Shown here: positions 40,301 to 48,826 of the stretch, in pieces
How positions within the stretch are numbered: the first letter of the stretch is position 1
Layout of the letters: each line of letters starts with the position of its first letter
NCBI GenBank assembly: GCA_963665295.1
Contig: OY762209.1
Coordinates: 2,720,001 to 2,784,000 of the forward strand
Length of the DNA: 64,000 bases
DNA from: Syntrophorhabdaceae bacterium
GTDB taxonomy: Bacteria; Desulfobacterota; Syntrophorhabdia; Syntrophorhabdales; Syntrophorhabdaceae
Reading direction: 5' to 3'
Translations under genes and position numbers: made by a program
The notes under the pieces: generated by a model
The model's database searches: none
Told to the model about the DNA's origin: nothing
The model's input: only the letters and a program-made list of their open reading frames with translations

Positions 40301-40592
40301 CGTCGAAGGGGCCGGAGACAATCTGGTCAACGGGCTTGATCGAGGAGCCTTTGAAGGGGATATCGAGGATGATCCTCTTCATCCAGTCGATGATCCGGCT
40401 TCGCATCTCGGAAGCGGCCTTGTTGGTGAAGGTTATGGCCACGATATTACATATGTGGCTCCTCAAGTCCGGCCGGCCCACGGCGCTGCCCAGGGTGAGA
40501 AGCTGAAGGTAACGGAGCGCGAGGTTGTAGGTCTTGCCCGCCCCCGCAGAAGATTTGACGGTGACGATATGGGGGAATTCCCGGTTATCCAT
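37326..40592 (-). CDS. addA: AddA-like UvrD helicase-nuclease
   Basis: SAGAGKT, TFTNKAA, IDEFQDT, VGDKKQAIYRWRGG, TVHKAKGLQF and C-terminal DR..IDFKTG. Confidence 0.85.
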   Translation of the reverse strand: MDNREFPHIVTVKSSAGAGKTYNLALRYLQLLTLGSAVGRPDLRSHICNIVAITFTNKAASEMRSRIIDWMKRIILDIPFKGSSIKPVDQIVSGPFDEKQRAEIMRSVEADFEDLIKNFYDFKVGTIDSFVNLTLKASAFKLGLPPDFEISTESALYVDAVVQEVLQEILENTDVRRTFDAFLRSYVEIEGENTAWVPKRFLTDTVYRFWKEEAKENKEFLVDGGLERVDGLRKGIAAASAALLAHLLKAEGLKPRKDFVNALTNLSAVDKTGFKGSACFRRKTIAQSLNKGSAEADGEAEEAWKDIRGLIALLVEGMAETKFSSYLEVYRLFKDRLRGEVTYRQRLILIEELNKLLQDVICGKHFIPEIYYALAERYSHFLIDEFQDTNHLQWKNIGVLADEALSRGGTLFLVGDKKQAIYRWRGGKAELVDEIAGSYPSYAMYPLCLDINYRSGEHVIAFNNEVFDTGNIMRLLASFAKPEIPAGWLRILETYQGSGQQCLDAKKGDGYVYVEKLCEDTEETESDETFSRETRNRLVAEKVEAMVKEIRARGIYEDRNVAVLVRRRQEAELIVKKLLEAGISVDSEFTVNVKNNPLIKEMIGLLQFLGTPHDDAALAGFLTGTIMKEVSPARRNEIIQWITVRRLHGGSTPLYRAFQRSHPVLWDEYFATFFKSAGYLPLYELFVLILKRWAILSRFPKDAPYFLHVCELIKKREGLGSNNLTGFLQFWRGGGGSAFGDEQEDETPFLLKTTEGANAVRVLTVHKAKGLQFPVVILPFLKLADFGASDRREKGKFFVADEVGLKLLQIKREYIDYSPKLRDIYLEKETEYLIDEINSAYVACTRAEKELYIILADSKRQKNYFIDYLFVLEKLKPFARGSILEMGRKKEYDGTRPSLRESPAPSPWEAPRFGETGQLRWLEKVRGKFEPSESCSREQVSAKKKGDVIHFILSLIPYFPEGDDTVLNNAIRQGVLRFGLSSHEKEIRDMMTRFFSYGPFRSFFLPGNGSTVYTEKEIVDKRGEAYKADRIVIREDRVDVIDFKTGETRSKEHVEQIRNYGRLLEQIHKDRPVAKHLLYIDENRLETL

Positions 40593-40655
40593 GAAACACG
40601 CGCCTTCTCATCATCAGAAAAAGATAGCATGTGAGAAGGTTTTTGGCGACAACTA

Positions 40656-41492
40656 TTATGGCTGCCCACGTCCTTCGCTGCGCCACTCACGGTAAAAGGT
40701 TTCCAATGTCTCCCGTATGTTCCTGCCTACGGCGATATATGCAGGGTCTTCCATGTTGGCGAGAGAGACCCTGAGCGTCCAAGGGGGAGCGGCAAACCCT
40801 TCACCGGGAAGGCACAGGGTCAGCCTGTCGCGGGCGAGGCTGAAAAGGAAGTCATGGAGCGTCCGGCTTTCGGAGAGGTATTGCTGAAAGGCTTCGCCGC
40901 CCATGGACCCCGCCATGGCCCCTATGTCGATAAGGGCGTAATAATTTGTGCTGTGGGGGAGGTTGGGAGGAGCCATGCCAAGTCCTTCGTGGAGAGCGGC
41001 AACCCTTGCGCGAAGAAGGGCGCGGACCTCGTCTTTGTAATGCCGGTTTTCGTCGGAGAGGCTGAAAAGGGAAAAGAGGCACATGATTGCCTGCTGGGGA
41101 CATGACAATCCCCCTGTGTGGGCAAGGGCGATGTCCCTGCTGTCCATGGCGAGACGGGCATAGCGGAGGGCCCGGTCAAAAAAGTCCGTTCCCGGACCCG
41201 GTGATTCGTCAAAGTATCGGACCAGCCTTTCGGCGATACCGATTCCCGATGGCCGGAAACCGAGGTGAGAAAGGGAGTTACGGACCGATGAACACCTGAG
41301 GGCGAAGAGGCTGAGATGGGAAAAGGCCGCCCTTGCCGTGGCGTTGAAGAAGTTGGGGTTGGCTCTTCCCGCGTCCAGCACGCTGCAGCGGTCGCCGTCC
41401 CTGTTCCTCCGCCTGCATGCCTGGTGCGCCGTTTCTTCCAGGACCTTCTGGACTTCAAAGGGAGTGAGGTCTTCTATCTCTTTCTGTGCGAT
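40656..41492 (-). pseudogene. aspD: Aspartate 4-decarboxylase with large in-frame internal deletion; start appears as ATC
   Basis: LTPFEVQ..L, LDAGRANPNF, then directly SRDIALAHTGGLSCPQQ, NYY..ID and GFAAPPWTLRVSLAN. About 278 codons against roughly 530 for intact AspD; the central PLP-lysine region is absent. Confidence 0.8.
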
Positions 41493-41564
41493 ACGTCAGC
41501 CTCCGCAGGATCGGTCACCTTCTAAACATAATACCGGTCCTGTCCGCTGCCTATCCCCCCGGCG

Positions 41565-42041
41565 CTATTCCGGATGGGTCCGCCCGGCCCGGGAGGGTGT
41601 CTGGAAGAGAAGCTCCTCTATAATCTCCGCCGCATCTTTGACGAATACGGCGCAGAGCCGGGTGTGAAGGTCATTTTCCTTCATAAACTTCATGCCCTCG
41701 GGGGTCCCTACTTCGCAGCCGAGCAATTCCCTGCAGAGGAGCGTAAAATGGCGGGCCTTGAACCGCTCGATAAATTCCTGCGCGGTCCCGTACGTCCTTT
41801 TCTTGGCCTCCTTGTCTTTCGCATCCGTCATGCCCCGGGCGAGGCCTATGACCATGAGGGCCCCGCTCACCGCGCCGCACGTCTCGCCCATGGCGGCCAC
41901 GCCGCCCCCGAAGGCCGCCGCCGTCCTGAGGGCATCGTCCCTCGTAAGACCGAATTCGGGGCCGTACGCAGCGACCACCGCCTGGGCGCAGTTAAAGCCC
42001 TCCTGAAAACAATGCAGAGCCCGATCAATTCCGTCAGTCAC
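41565..42041 (-). CDS. C_GCAxxG_C_C family putative redox protein
   Basis: FNCAQAV, FGGG, TCGAVSGA, CRELLG and final C. Confidence 0.9.
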   Translation of the reverse strand: MTDGIDRALHCFQEGFNCAQAVVAAYGPEFGLTRDDALRTAAAFGGGVAAMGETCGAVSGALMVIGLARGMTDAKDKEAKKRTYGTAQEFIERFKARHFTLLCRELLGCEVGTPEGMKFMKENDLHTRLCAVFVKDAAEIIEELLFQTPSRAGRTHPE

Positions 42042-42073
42042 TTCTGTTCCTCCTTGCATGTCGTGTTTAAAAG

Positions 42074-42112
42074 AAAAACCCCGCCCGGACCTTTCGGGTC
42101 ACTCGGGCGGGG
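42074..42112 (-). terminator. Rho-independent terminator after the Tim44 gene
   Basis: CCCCGCCCG...CGGGCGGGG stem followed by TTTTT on the minus strand. Confidence 0.75.
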
Positions 42113-42136
42113 AGATTGTTTCCTGTTGCTGATGAA

Positions 42137-43138
42137 TCAGTAATCGCCCTCCTGCGTGATGCCCGCGAGGATCCAGTTTCTCTCGCCCACTTTCCGTGTA
42201 AATGTCCAGTATTCGAGGAATTTCACGGGATCGGTGGTGCTTCCCGAGATTACCTGGTTGCCCGTATCCTCCACCATATAATCGAGGAGACTTGCAAGGA
42301 ATTTTACCGTAATGTACTCTTCGCCCTGATCCTGGACCGCATCGACGATCTCGACCTGGCGAACCGCAATATTTTCCAGGCGGTTGATCTGCTTATCGGC
42401 AATATATTTGTTCACGTCTTCCTGGAACGTATTGAACATACGGGGAGTGAGGAGGTGCTTTATCCCGCCCAAATCCCTTTTTGTCCATGCGCTCTGGATC
42501 TTGAAGAAGTTGTCCTCCACCGTCTCCTTGAACCTGAATTCATCGAAAGACGGGTCCATTTCGCTGATGTGACGGAGTCCGTCGGAAACCAGGTCCTGTT
42601 GTGTCGGGGGCGGATAGGACGGAGCCTCCGCAGGTCCGCTGTATCCGGCGGGAGCATAGGTCGTTCCGAAGGTTTCTCCCACTGAACTGAAGCTCATTCC
42701 CTGTCGTTTCGCCCTGAAATGTTTCACCACGAACCAGATGACGACTCCTATGATGATGAGGAGTATGAGGTCGCCGAGTCCGAATCCTCCGCCTCCTCCA
42801 CCCCAGCCTCCGCCGCCTGCGTACCCGCGACCGCCGAAGAGCATGCTGCCGAGCATACCGCCCACCAGTCCGCCACCCAGTCCCGCCATGAAACTTCTGC
42901 CCGCGGAAGGCGGCCTCGGAGCCGTGGGAGACATTTGAGGCGTTGTCGGCTGACGCTGGTAGCCGCTTGAAGGAGAGGTGCTGCGGTAGGTGCTCCCTGA
43001 ACTGTATCCTCTGCTTCCCGAAGACCTGCCGCTGCCCGCCCTTGCAAAAGCGACGGATTCCATTCCTGTGAAGACGAGAAAAAAGAGTGCTGCCACAAGC
43101 GCCATTACTTTAATGTGACGATTTATCGAATGTGTCAT
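42137..43138 (-). CDS. Tim44-domain membrane protein
   Basis: ARAGSGRSSGSRG, Gly-rich TM region, MDPSFD..F...FFKIQSAW, F.EYWTF and WILAGITQ. Confidence 0.9.
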   Translation of the reverse strand: MTHSINRHIKVMALVAALFFLVFTGMESVAFARAGSGRSSGSRGYSSGSTYRSTSPSSGYQRQPTTPQMSPTAPRPPSAGRSFMAGLGGGLVGGMLGSMLFGGRGYAGGGGWGGGGGGFGLGDLILLIIIGVVIWFVVKHFRAKRQGMSFSSVGETFGTTYAPAGYSGPAEAPSYPPPTQQDLVSDGLRHISEMDPSFDEFRFKETVEDNFFKIQSAWTKRDLGGIKHLLTPRMFNTFQEDVNKYIADKQINRLENIAVRQVEIVDAVQDQGEEYITVKFLASLLDYMVEDTGNQVISGSTTDPVKFLEYWTFTRKVGERNWILAGITQEGDY

Positions 43139-43381
43139 GATTTACCCCCTTGACTTGATGACTGATTTCGTATGGTGCCGGTTGTTCCAGTCGATCCCAC
43201 CCCCCCCTGGTCGTTTGTTGAATTCCGGTTCTGAATTGACATGTGCCGCACTGTTTTAATATCATATTATCGTGAAGTATGTCAAAATGCAGCCCATGAT
43301 AACGAGCAAAGAGAAGGGCTCAGGGGCGTGCGGGTGATAATGAACCGCCGCCCTTCAGCCCGGTCGGTCGCGAAACGGTTT

Positions 43382-44437
43382 CTATATCCTGCGGCACCAG
43401 CCCAGTTTATCAGGTCGTTCACCATACTGGATTCCGGTTATCTCATCATATAACCTCTGGGAAAGGTCTCCCGTCTTACCGTCGTTGATTCGGATGAGGG
43501 TATCCTGGTGCTGGATTTCCCCCACGGGCGAAATTACCGCGGCGGTTCCCGTGCCGAAGGCTTCTTTCAGCCTTCCTTCCTTTGACGCGGACAGAACCTC
43601 GTCAATGGATATGCGTCTCTCGACCACCTTGATGCCCCAGTCCCCGGCAATCTGAATGACCGAGTCGCGGGTAACGCCTGCGAGTATCGATCCTTCCAGG
43701 GCGGGCGTTATCAATTCATCATCTATGACGAAGCAGATGTTCATGGTCCCTACTTCCTCGATGTACTTTCTCTCTACTCCGTCCAGCCAGAGTACCTGGG
43801 TGAAACCTTTTCTATGTGCCTCTTCGGCGGGCAGCAGACTCGCCGCGTAGTTTGCAGGTGTTTTCGCCATACCCAGTCCACCCTGGACTGCCCGGACATA
43901 TTCACCCGATGTGGCGAGGCGCACGGGGTTCATGCCCTCCTTGTAATAGGCGCCCACCGGCGAAGTGAGGATCATAAAACAATACGTCTTTGAGACCCTT
44001 ACCCCGATGTAGCTGTCCGTGGCGAAAACAAAGGGCCTGATATAAAGGGAACAGCCTTTCTTCCTCGGGATCCATTCCCTGTCAAGGGCGATCAGTTCCT
44101 CTAAGGCCATGAGAAAGGTGTCAAAACTCATCCCTGGTATGCAGAGTCTCTGGCACGACTTGTTGAAACGCTCGTGGTATTTCTCGGGACGAAAGACATT
44201 AATGTAGTCTCCTTCCGTGTAGAAGGCTTTCAGACCCTCGAAAACCACCTGACCGTAATGGAGGGAACAGAGAGACGGGAAAATCTCTATCCTTCCGAAA
44301 GGGCGGATGTGAGGGGTCATCCAGTGTCCGAACTCGTAATCCATGCTGAGCATGTGGTCGGAGAAGACTTCACCGAACGCCAGGTTGTCAAAATCAACGG
44401 ACTCGATCTTACTTTGGTCTATTCTGCAGATATCCAT
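43382..44437 (-). CDS. ilvE: Branched-chain amino acid aminotransferase
   Basis: LHYGQVVFEGLKA, LYIRP, K..ANYA, EEVGTMN, ILAGVTR and GTGTAAVISP motifs. Confidence 0.95.
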   Translation of the reverse strand: MDICRIDQSKIESVDFDNLAFGEVFSDHMLSMDYEFGHWMTPHIRPFGRIEIFPSLCSLHYGQVVFEGLKAFYTEGDYINVFRPEKYHERFNKSCQRLCIPGMSFDTFLMALEELIALDREWIPRKKGCSLYIRPFVFATDSYIGVRVSKTYCFMILTSPVGAYYKEGMNPVRLATSGEYVRAVQGGLGMAKTPANYAASLLPAEEAHRKGFTQVLWLDGVERKYIEEVGTMNICFVIDDELITPALEGSILAGVTRDSVIQIAGDWGIKVVERRISIDEVLSASKEGRLKEAFGTGTAAVISPVGEIQHQDTLIRINDGKTGDLSQRLYDEITGIQYGERPDKLGWCRRI

Positions 44438-44559
44438 ATCGTATAACACCTCGGAGGGGTTTCGTTCGAATTTCGTCTTATATTTTGCCACAATAGAAGC
44501 CCCATTGCAAATCAAAAATGGCCGTTTTCCCGATCCGGGCCATTGACGGCGGACGATAT

Positions 44560-44588
44560 TTGTATTAGAAAAATCTTCATGATATAAT
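44560..44588 (+). promoter_or_regulatory. Sigma70-type promoter with extended -10
   Basis: TTGTAT-17bp-TATAAT preceded by TGn. Confidence 0.6.
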
Positions 44589-44727
44589 CCACTCTTGCTC
44601 CTTGTTTTTAGCGGGGACCCGGCCGCAGCCGGTTTGACCCTGCGATCCGGGGTTGGGAGCCGGACGGAAGGGCTGTAAGAACCGGAAGAGGCAGAATACT
44701 CCGGCTATTCCGACGGGAGGTGGCAGG

Positions 44728-45450
44728 GTGCCCGATGCACCGGAAAGTTTGATGATTCTTATTTTGACCGCAGCATCCATAGGGTTCTTCCATACCCTCG
44801 TGGGGCCGGACCATTACGTTCCCTTCATAGTGATGGGCCGGGCGAGAAAATGGTCGGCGGGCAAGACGGCATGGATAACGGTCCTTTGCGGTGTCGGTCA
44901 TATCCTGAGTTCGGTTCTTCTCGGTATCGCAGGTATAGGCTTCGGGATTGCGGTGACGAGACTCGAGGTCCTGGAATCCTTCCGCGGCAGCCTCGCGGGG
45001 TGGTCTCTCATTGTGTTCGGCCTTGTCTATTTTGCCTGGGGCATCAGGAAGGCGATGCGTAACAGGCCCCATGAGCACATCCATTTCCATAAGGATAATA
45101 AGGTCCATATTCACACCCACGTGCACCAGGAGGAGCATGTGCACGTTCATGCGGCGGAAAAAGAAACAAGCCTTACCCCGTGGATACTCTTTACCGTGTT
45201 CATTTTCGGCCCCTGCGAGCCCCTTATACCGCTTCTCATGTATCCTGCCGCAAAAGGAAGTTATATGGGTGTAGTCTGGGTGACCGCCGTATTCGGCATG
45301 GTCACCATTGCCACCATGCTCGGCATGGTCCTCATATCATCCATGGGCATCAAATTAGTGCCTCTCGGCCGTATGGAACGTTACAGCCATGCCATGGCAG
45401 GGGCGACCATATGCCTGTGCGGGTTGGCAGTGCAGTTCCTGGGTCTATAG
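44728..45450 (+). CDS. His-rich nickel/cobalt transporter-like membrane protein (UreH/RcnA/NiCoT-related)
   Basis: HTLVGPDHY motif, GVGH, loop HEHIHFH..VHIHTHVHQEEHVHVH, GPCEP and about 6 TMs. Confidence 0.75.
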   Translation: MPDAPESLMILILTAASIGFFHTLVGPDHYVPFIVMGRARKWSAGKTAWITVLCGVGHILSSVLLGIAGIGFGIAVTRLEVLESFRGSLAGWSLIVFGLVYFAWGIRKAMRNRPHEHIHFHKDNKVHIHTHVHQEEHVHVHAAEKETSLTPWILFTVFIFGPCEPLIPLLMYPAAKGSYMGVVWVTAVFGMVTIATMLGMVLISSMGIKLVPLGRMERYSHAMAGATICLCGLAVQFLGL

Positions 45451-45480
45451 GGGACCGTCTCCGGCCTGCCAAATTCGTCC

Positions 45481-45509
45481 TTGACATATCTTCCTCAACC
45501 ATTTAAAAC
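45481..45509 (+). promoter_or_regulatory. Sigma70-type promoter
   Basis: TTGACA-17bp-TAAAAC upstream of the EF-hand gene. Confidence 0.5.
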
Positions 45510-45550
45510 ATGGTATCGTCTTTATCAAAATCCTACTAGGAGGCAGAAAC

Positions 45551-46153
45551 ATGAAAAGAGTTTCACTATTCGTTCTCGCCCTACTGATTTCCGTTGCATT
45601 CGTTACCACCGGTTTTGCCCAGGATAAGGCCAAGGCCCCTGAGAAACCTGCCGCCGCTGCCGAGAAACCCGCAGCCGCTGCTCCTGAAAAGCCTGCTACC
45701 CCTGAAAAAGCCGCAGCACCCGAACAGGCGGCCAAACCGAAGGCAAAACCGAGAGCGGGTTTTGTGGGCGAAGTCACCGCCATCGACGCCGCAGCGAAGA
45801 TCTTCACCGTGAAGAGCGCGAAAGAAGCGGTAACCTTTGACCTGACCAACGCGAAGTTCAAGGGGTACAAAGATGCCGGCGAGATAAAGACGGGCGACAA
45901 GGTAGTAGTGAAGTACGCCAAGGCCGGGATCAAGGTTGACAAGATCGGCGGAAAGAAAGCCACGAAGGCAGAAAAGGCAAAGAAGGCGGCCTTCAAGGAC
46001 GTGGATAAGAACAGCGACGGCAAGATCACCGTTGAAGAACTCGTGATAGTCTTCGTGAATGTTACCCCGGATCAGTTCAAGGCTCTCGACAAGAACAATG
46101 ACGGCGCCCTTGATGAGTCCGAGTACAAAGCCATGAAACCTGCCGACAAGTAA
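45551..46153 (+). CDS. Exported protein with Ala/Pro/Lys-rich repeats, small beta domain and two EF-hands
   Basis: Signal peptide, EKPAAAA repeats, DKNSDGKITVEE and DKNNDGALDESE loops. Confidence 0.85.
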   Translation: MKRVSLFVLALLISVAFVTTGFAQDKAKAPEKPAAAAEKPAAAAPEKPATPEKAAAPEQAAKPKAKPRAGFVGEVTAIDAAAKIFTVKSAKEAVTFDLTNAKFKGYKDAGEIKTGDKVVVKYAKAGIKVDKIGGKKATKAEKAKKAAFKDVDKNSDGKITVEELVIVFVNVTPDQFKALDKNNDGALDESEYKAMKPADK

Positions 46154-46180
46154 CCGTACCATTTTCTTCGTATTACTGGA

Positions 46181-46206
46181 CCCCGCCCTTGATAAGGCGG
46201 GGTTTT
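46181..46206 (+). terminator. Rho-independent terminator
   Basis: CCCCGCC...GGCGGGG followed by TTTT. Confidence 0.75.
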
Positions 46207-46231
46207 CTGTTCGACGGTCCCGGACTCCCAT

Positions 46232-46260
46232 TTGACAGGCTCCGCTCCGTAATGTAATAT
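46232..46260 (+). promoter_or_regulatory. Sigma70-type promoter
   Basis: TTGACA-17bp-TAATAT upstream of the ABC-F gene. Confidence 0.55.
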
Positions 46261-46331
46261 ATGGAAGTCTTCCTCGGGTCAACTCAGAGAAGCGGTGCCC
46301 CACCGAAGGTGCGGGCGGTTCGGGAAACCTC

Positions 46332-48257
46332 ATGATAACAGCTACAGGGCTTACGAAAACATACGGTCTGCAAACCCTTTTCGAAAACGGTTCCTTCATC
46401 GTAGGTCCCGGCGAGCGGGTGGGCCTCGTAGGAAGGAACGGAAGCGGCAAGACGACCCTTTTCCGTCTCATCCTGGGGTTGGAAGAGCCCGACTCGGGAT
46501 TTCTCAACATTCCCCGGAACTATGCCATAGGGTACCTGTCCCAGCATATCTCCTTCACCCGTTCCTCGGTGCTTGAGGAGGCATGTGCGGGCCTCAAGAT
46601 GGACGAGGACGGAACGGACAGGACGTACAAGGCCAAAGAGATACTCCTGGGGCTCGGTTTTTCAGAGAAAGACTTCGGCCGCAGCCCTCTCGAGTTGTCG
46701 GGGGGTTACCAGATCAGGCTCAACCTTGCAGGCCTTCTTATCTCCGAACCCGAGATGCTTCTTCTCGATGAACCCACGAACTACCTCGACATCCTTTCCG
46801 TGCGCTGGCTCGCAAGGTTTCTCACTGCGTGGAAGAGGGAGTTGATTCTCATTACCCATGACCGGGCGTTTATGGACAGCGTTACCACCCATACCATGGC
46901 GATCCACAGGTTTGCCTTCAGGAAGATGGAAGGTTCCACCCATAAGCTCTACCAGCAGATCCTCCAGGAAGAGGAGGTGTATGAACAGACCAGGGTAAAC
47001 GAGGAGAAGAAGAGGAAGGAAATAGAACAGTTTGTGAACAGGTTCCGGGCGCAGGCAACGCGGGCCCGGGCGGTACAATCACGGATCAAGGCCCTTGAGA
47101 AGAAGGAAAGGCTACAGAAGATGACGGAGGAGAAGAGCCTGGATTTCGAGTTCCAATCCGCCCCCTTCCACGGCAAATGGCTCCTGGAAGCGAGGAACCT
47201 TTCTTTTTCCTTTGACCCGGATGGTCGGCCCCTCATCGACGGGCTCAGCTTTTCTATCGGTAGGAAAGACCGGATAGGCGTGGTGGGCAAGAACGGGAAA
47301 GGCAAGACAACGCTGCTCAGCCTCCTAGCGGGCGAACTCAAGCCCTCGTCCGGGTCTATAGTCATCCATGAAAACGTGAAACAGGGTTACTTCGGTCAAA
47401 CCAATATCGACCGCCTCAGTATGTCGCGCACGGTGGAGGAAGAGATAGGGTCCGCCTTCCATGACGGAGGGTACGGCGCGGTCCGCAATATCTGTGGATT
47501 GATGATGTTCGAGGGGGACAAGGCGGAGAAGAAGATCAGCGTTCTTTCGGGAGGCGAGAAGAGCAGGGTGCTCCTCGGCAAGATGCTCGTCAGCCCGGCG
47601 AACCTCCTGTTCCTCGACGAGCCTACCAACCATCTCGATATGGAATCGATCGACTCCCTCGTGGAGGCCATGGAGACGTTCAAGGGTGCGGTTGCCATTG
47701 CCACCCATAGTGAAATGATCTTGAAAGCCGTGGCCACGAAACTGATCGTCTTCGACAGGGGCACGGTCACCCTTTTCGACGGCTCCTATGATGATTTTCT
47801 GGAGCGGGTAGGGTGGGAGAACGAGGACGGAGGCCCTGGCGATCAGGCAACGGACCGGGGCGCCAAGGAAAAAGGACTTGACAGGAAAGAGTTCAAACGG
47901 CTGAAGGCCGATATTGTGGCCCTCCGCTCAAAGGCGCTCAACCCCCTGAAGGAACGCATTGCCCGCCTGGAAAGCAGGATCATGGAACTCGAAAACAAGG
48001 TAGAGGAGGAAAACAGGGCGCTTCTCAAGGCCTCCGAGAATGGCGACGGCAAGAAGATCGTAGCCCTCTCCATGTCGATCCATTCCGGGAAGAAAGAGAT
48101 TGACACTGCCTTTGAAGAACTGGAGATATGTTCCACGGAATATTACGAGAAGGCGCGGGAATTCGAAGACAGGCTGGACGAACTCGACAGGCTCGATAAC
48201 CCCATGGCGCGCCGGTCGGATCTTGCCGACGGAATGACCGGACAGGCTTCCGGTTGA
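46332..48257 (+). CDS. ABC-F family ribosome-associated ATPase
   Basis: Two NBDs (GRNGSGKT/LSGG/LDEPTNYLD; GKNGKGKT/LSGGE/LDEPTNHLD), no TMs, interdomain linker and C-terminal coiled coil. Confidence 0.93.
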   Translation: MITATGLTKTYGLQTLFENGSFIVGPGERVGLVGRNGSGKTTLFRLILGLEEPDSGFLNIPRNYAIGYLSQHISFTRSSVLEEACAGLKMDEDGTDRTYKAKEILLGLGFSEKDFGRSPLELSGGYQIRLNLAGLLISEPEMLLLDEPTNYLDILSVRWLARFLTAWKRELILITHDRAFMDSVTTHTMAIHRFAFRKMEGSTHKLYQQILQEEEVYEQTRVNEEKKRKEIEQFVNRFRAQATRARAVQSRIKALEKKERLQKMTEEKSLDFEFQSAPFHGKWLLEARNLSFSFDPDGRPLIDGLSFSIGRKDRIGVVGKNGKGKTTLLSLLAGELKPSSGSIVIHENVKQGYFGQTNIDRLSMSRTVEEEIGSAFHDGGYGAVRNICGLMMFEGDKAEKKISVLSGGEKSRVLLGKMLVSPANLLFLDEPTNHLDMESIDSLVEAMETFKGAVAIATHSEMILKAVATKLIVFDRGTVTLFDGSYDDFLERVGWENEDGGPGDQATDRGAKEKGLDRKEFKRLKADIVALRSKALNPLKERIARLESRIMELENKVEEENRALLKASENGDGKKIVALSMSIHSGKKEIDTAFEELEICSTEYYEKAREFEDRLDELDRLDNPMARRSDLADGMTGQASG

Positions 48258-48269
48258 ACGTTGTTTAAA

Positions 48270-48506
48270 TCAGGATTTTAGCTCCACAATCTCCCTGATC
48301 TCGGGAATCGCTTCTTTAAGCAGCTTCTCCACCCACAAACTGAGGGCATCGATGCCGCATCAATGAAGCCTGCCATCCACAAGCCTTATCCTCACCACGC
48401 CCAGGGACTCGTCAACGTCCTCGAGCACGGCATAGCCGTCGGCCAGGTCAATGAGCCGCGGCTTCAGGAGATCGATCGTTTCACGGACTCTCTCTGTTAA
48501 GGTCAC
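48270..48506 (-). CDS. Nfu/NifU-C-like protein with in-frame TGA, candidate selenoprotein (78 aa)
   Basis: GGGAG RBS plus GTG; MTLTERVRETIDLLKPRLIDLADGYAVLEDVDESLGVVRIRLVDGRLH(TGA)CGIDALSLWVEKLLKEAIPEIREIVELKS*. Nfu-like pattern on both sides of the TGA (48360-48362). Confidence 0.75.
48330..48348 (-). promoter_or_regulatory. Candidate bacterial SECIS hairpin
   Basis: UGCCCUCA-GUU-UGUGGGUG begins 11 nt after the UGA; the apical loop starts with G at +20. Confidence 0.5.
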
Positions 48507-48637
48507 TTATACTCCCGATGTGAAAATGATATATGCAGATATTACAATACCTTCTTGGCATGGCCTTCACGTCGCAGCCCTGTGTGCGGCTGATCGGGAA
48601 GACCATGTTCGATGTTCTCCGTTTCAGGAGCGGAAGG

Positions 48638-48826
48638 CTATAAGCCGCCGCGGACGGTGTGATAATTCAAAATGCTGATAAACGCCTCGTCATCAAGGAA
48701 CTCATCGTAGCTTAATTCCTTTGTAACCATGCTACTGCCGCAATTGGGGCAGAAATTGTCTGGGACCTCTCCGTCAAGAAAGGCATAGCCACACAAGTCG
48801 CATACAAACTCATCGGGTATTCTCAA
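48638..48826 (-). CDS. Small zinc-ribbon/rubredoxin-like protein
   Basis: CDLC...CPNC; GAGGAGG RBS before TTG. Confidence 0.7.
   Translation of the reverse strand: MRIPDEFVCDLCGYAFLDGEVPDNFCPNCGSSMVTKELSYDEFLDDEAFISILNYHTVRGGL

Noticed and set aside
34495..40592. Helicase plus nuclease pair as a novel defence system or Cas3/Cas4
   Set aside because: Motifs and architecture match housekeeping AddAB; no CRISPR array or other cas genes seen.
44562..44590. NikR-like operator over the metal transporter promoter
   Set aside because: Half-sites GTATTA/TAATCC are imperfect with atypical spacing and are explained by the -35/-10 boxes.
46261..46335. 24-codon uORF overlapping the ABC-F start, suggesting an attenuation leader
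   Set aside because: Its ATG abuts the predicted -10 box and would lie upstream of the transcription start; no RBS or attenuator hairpin seen.
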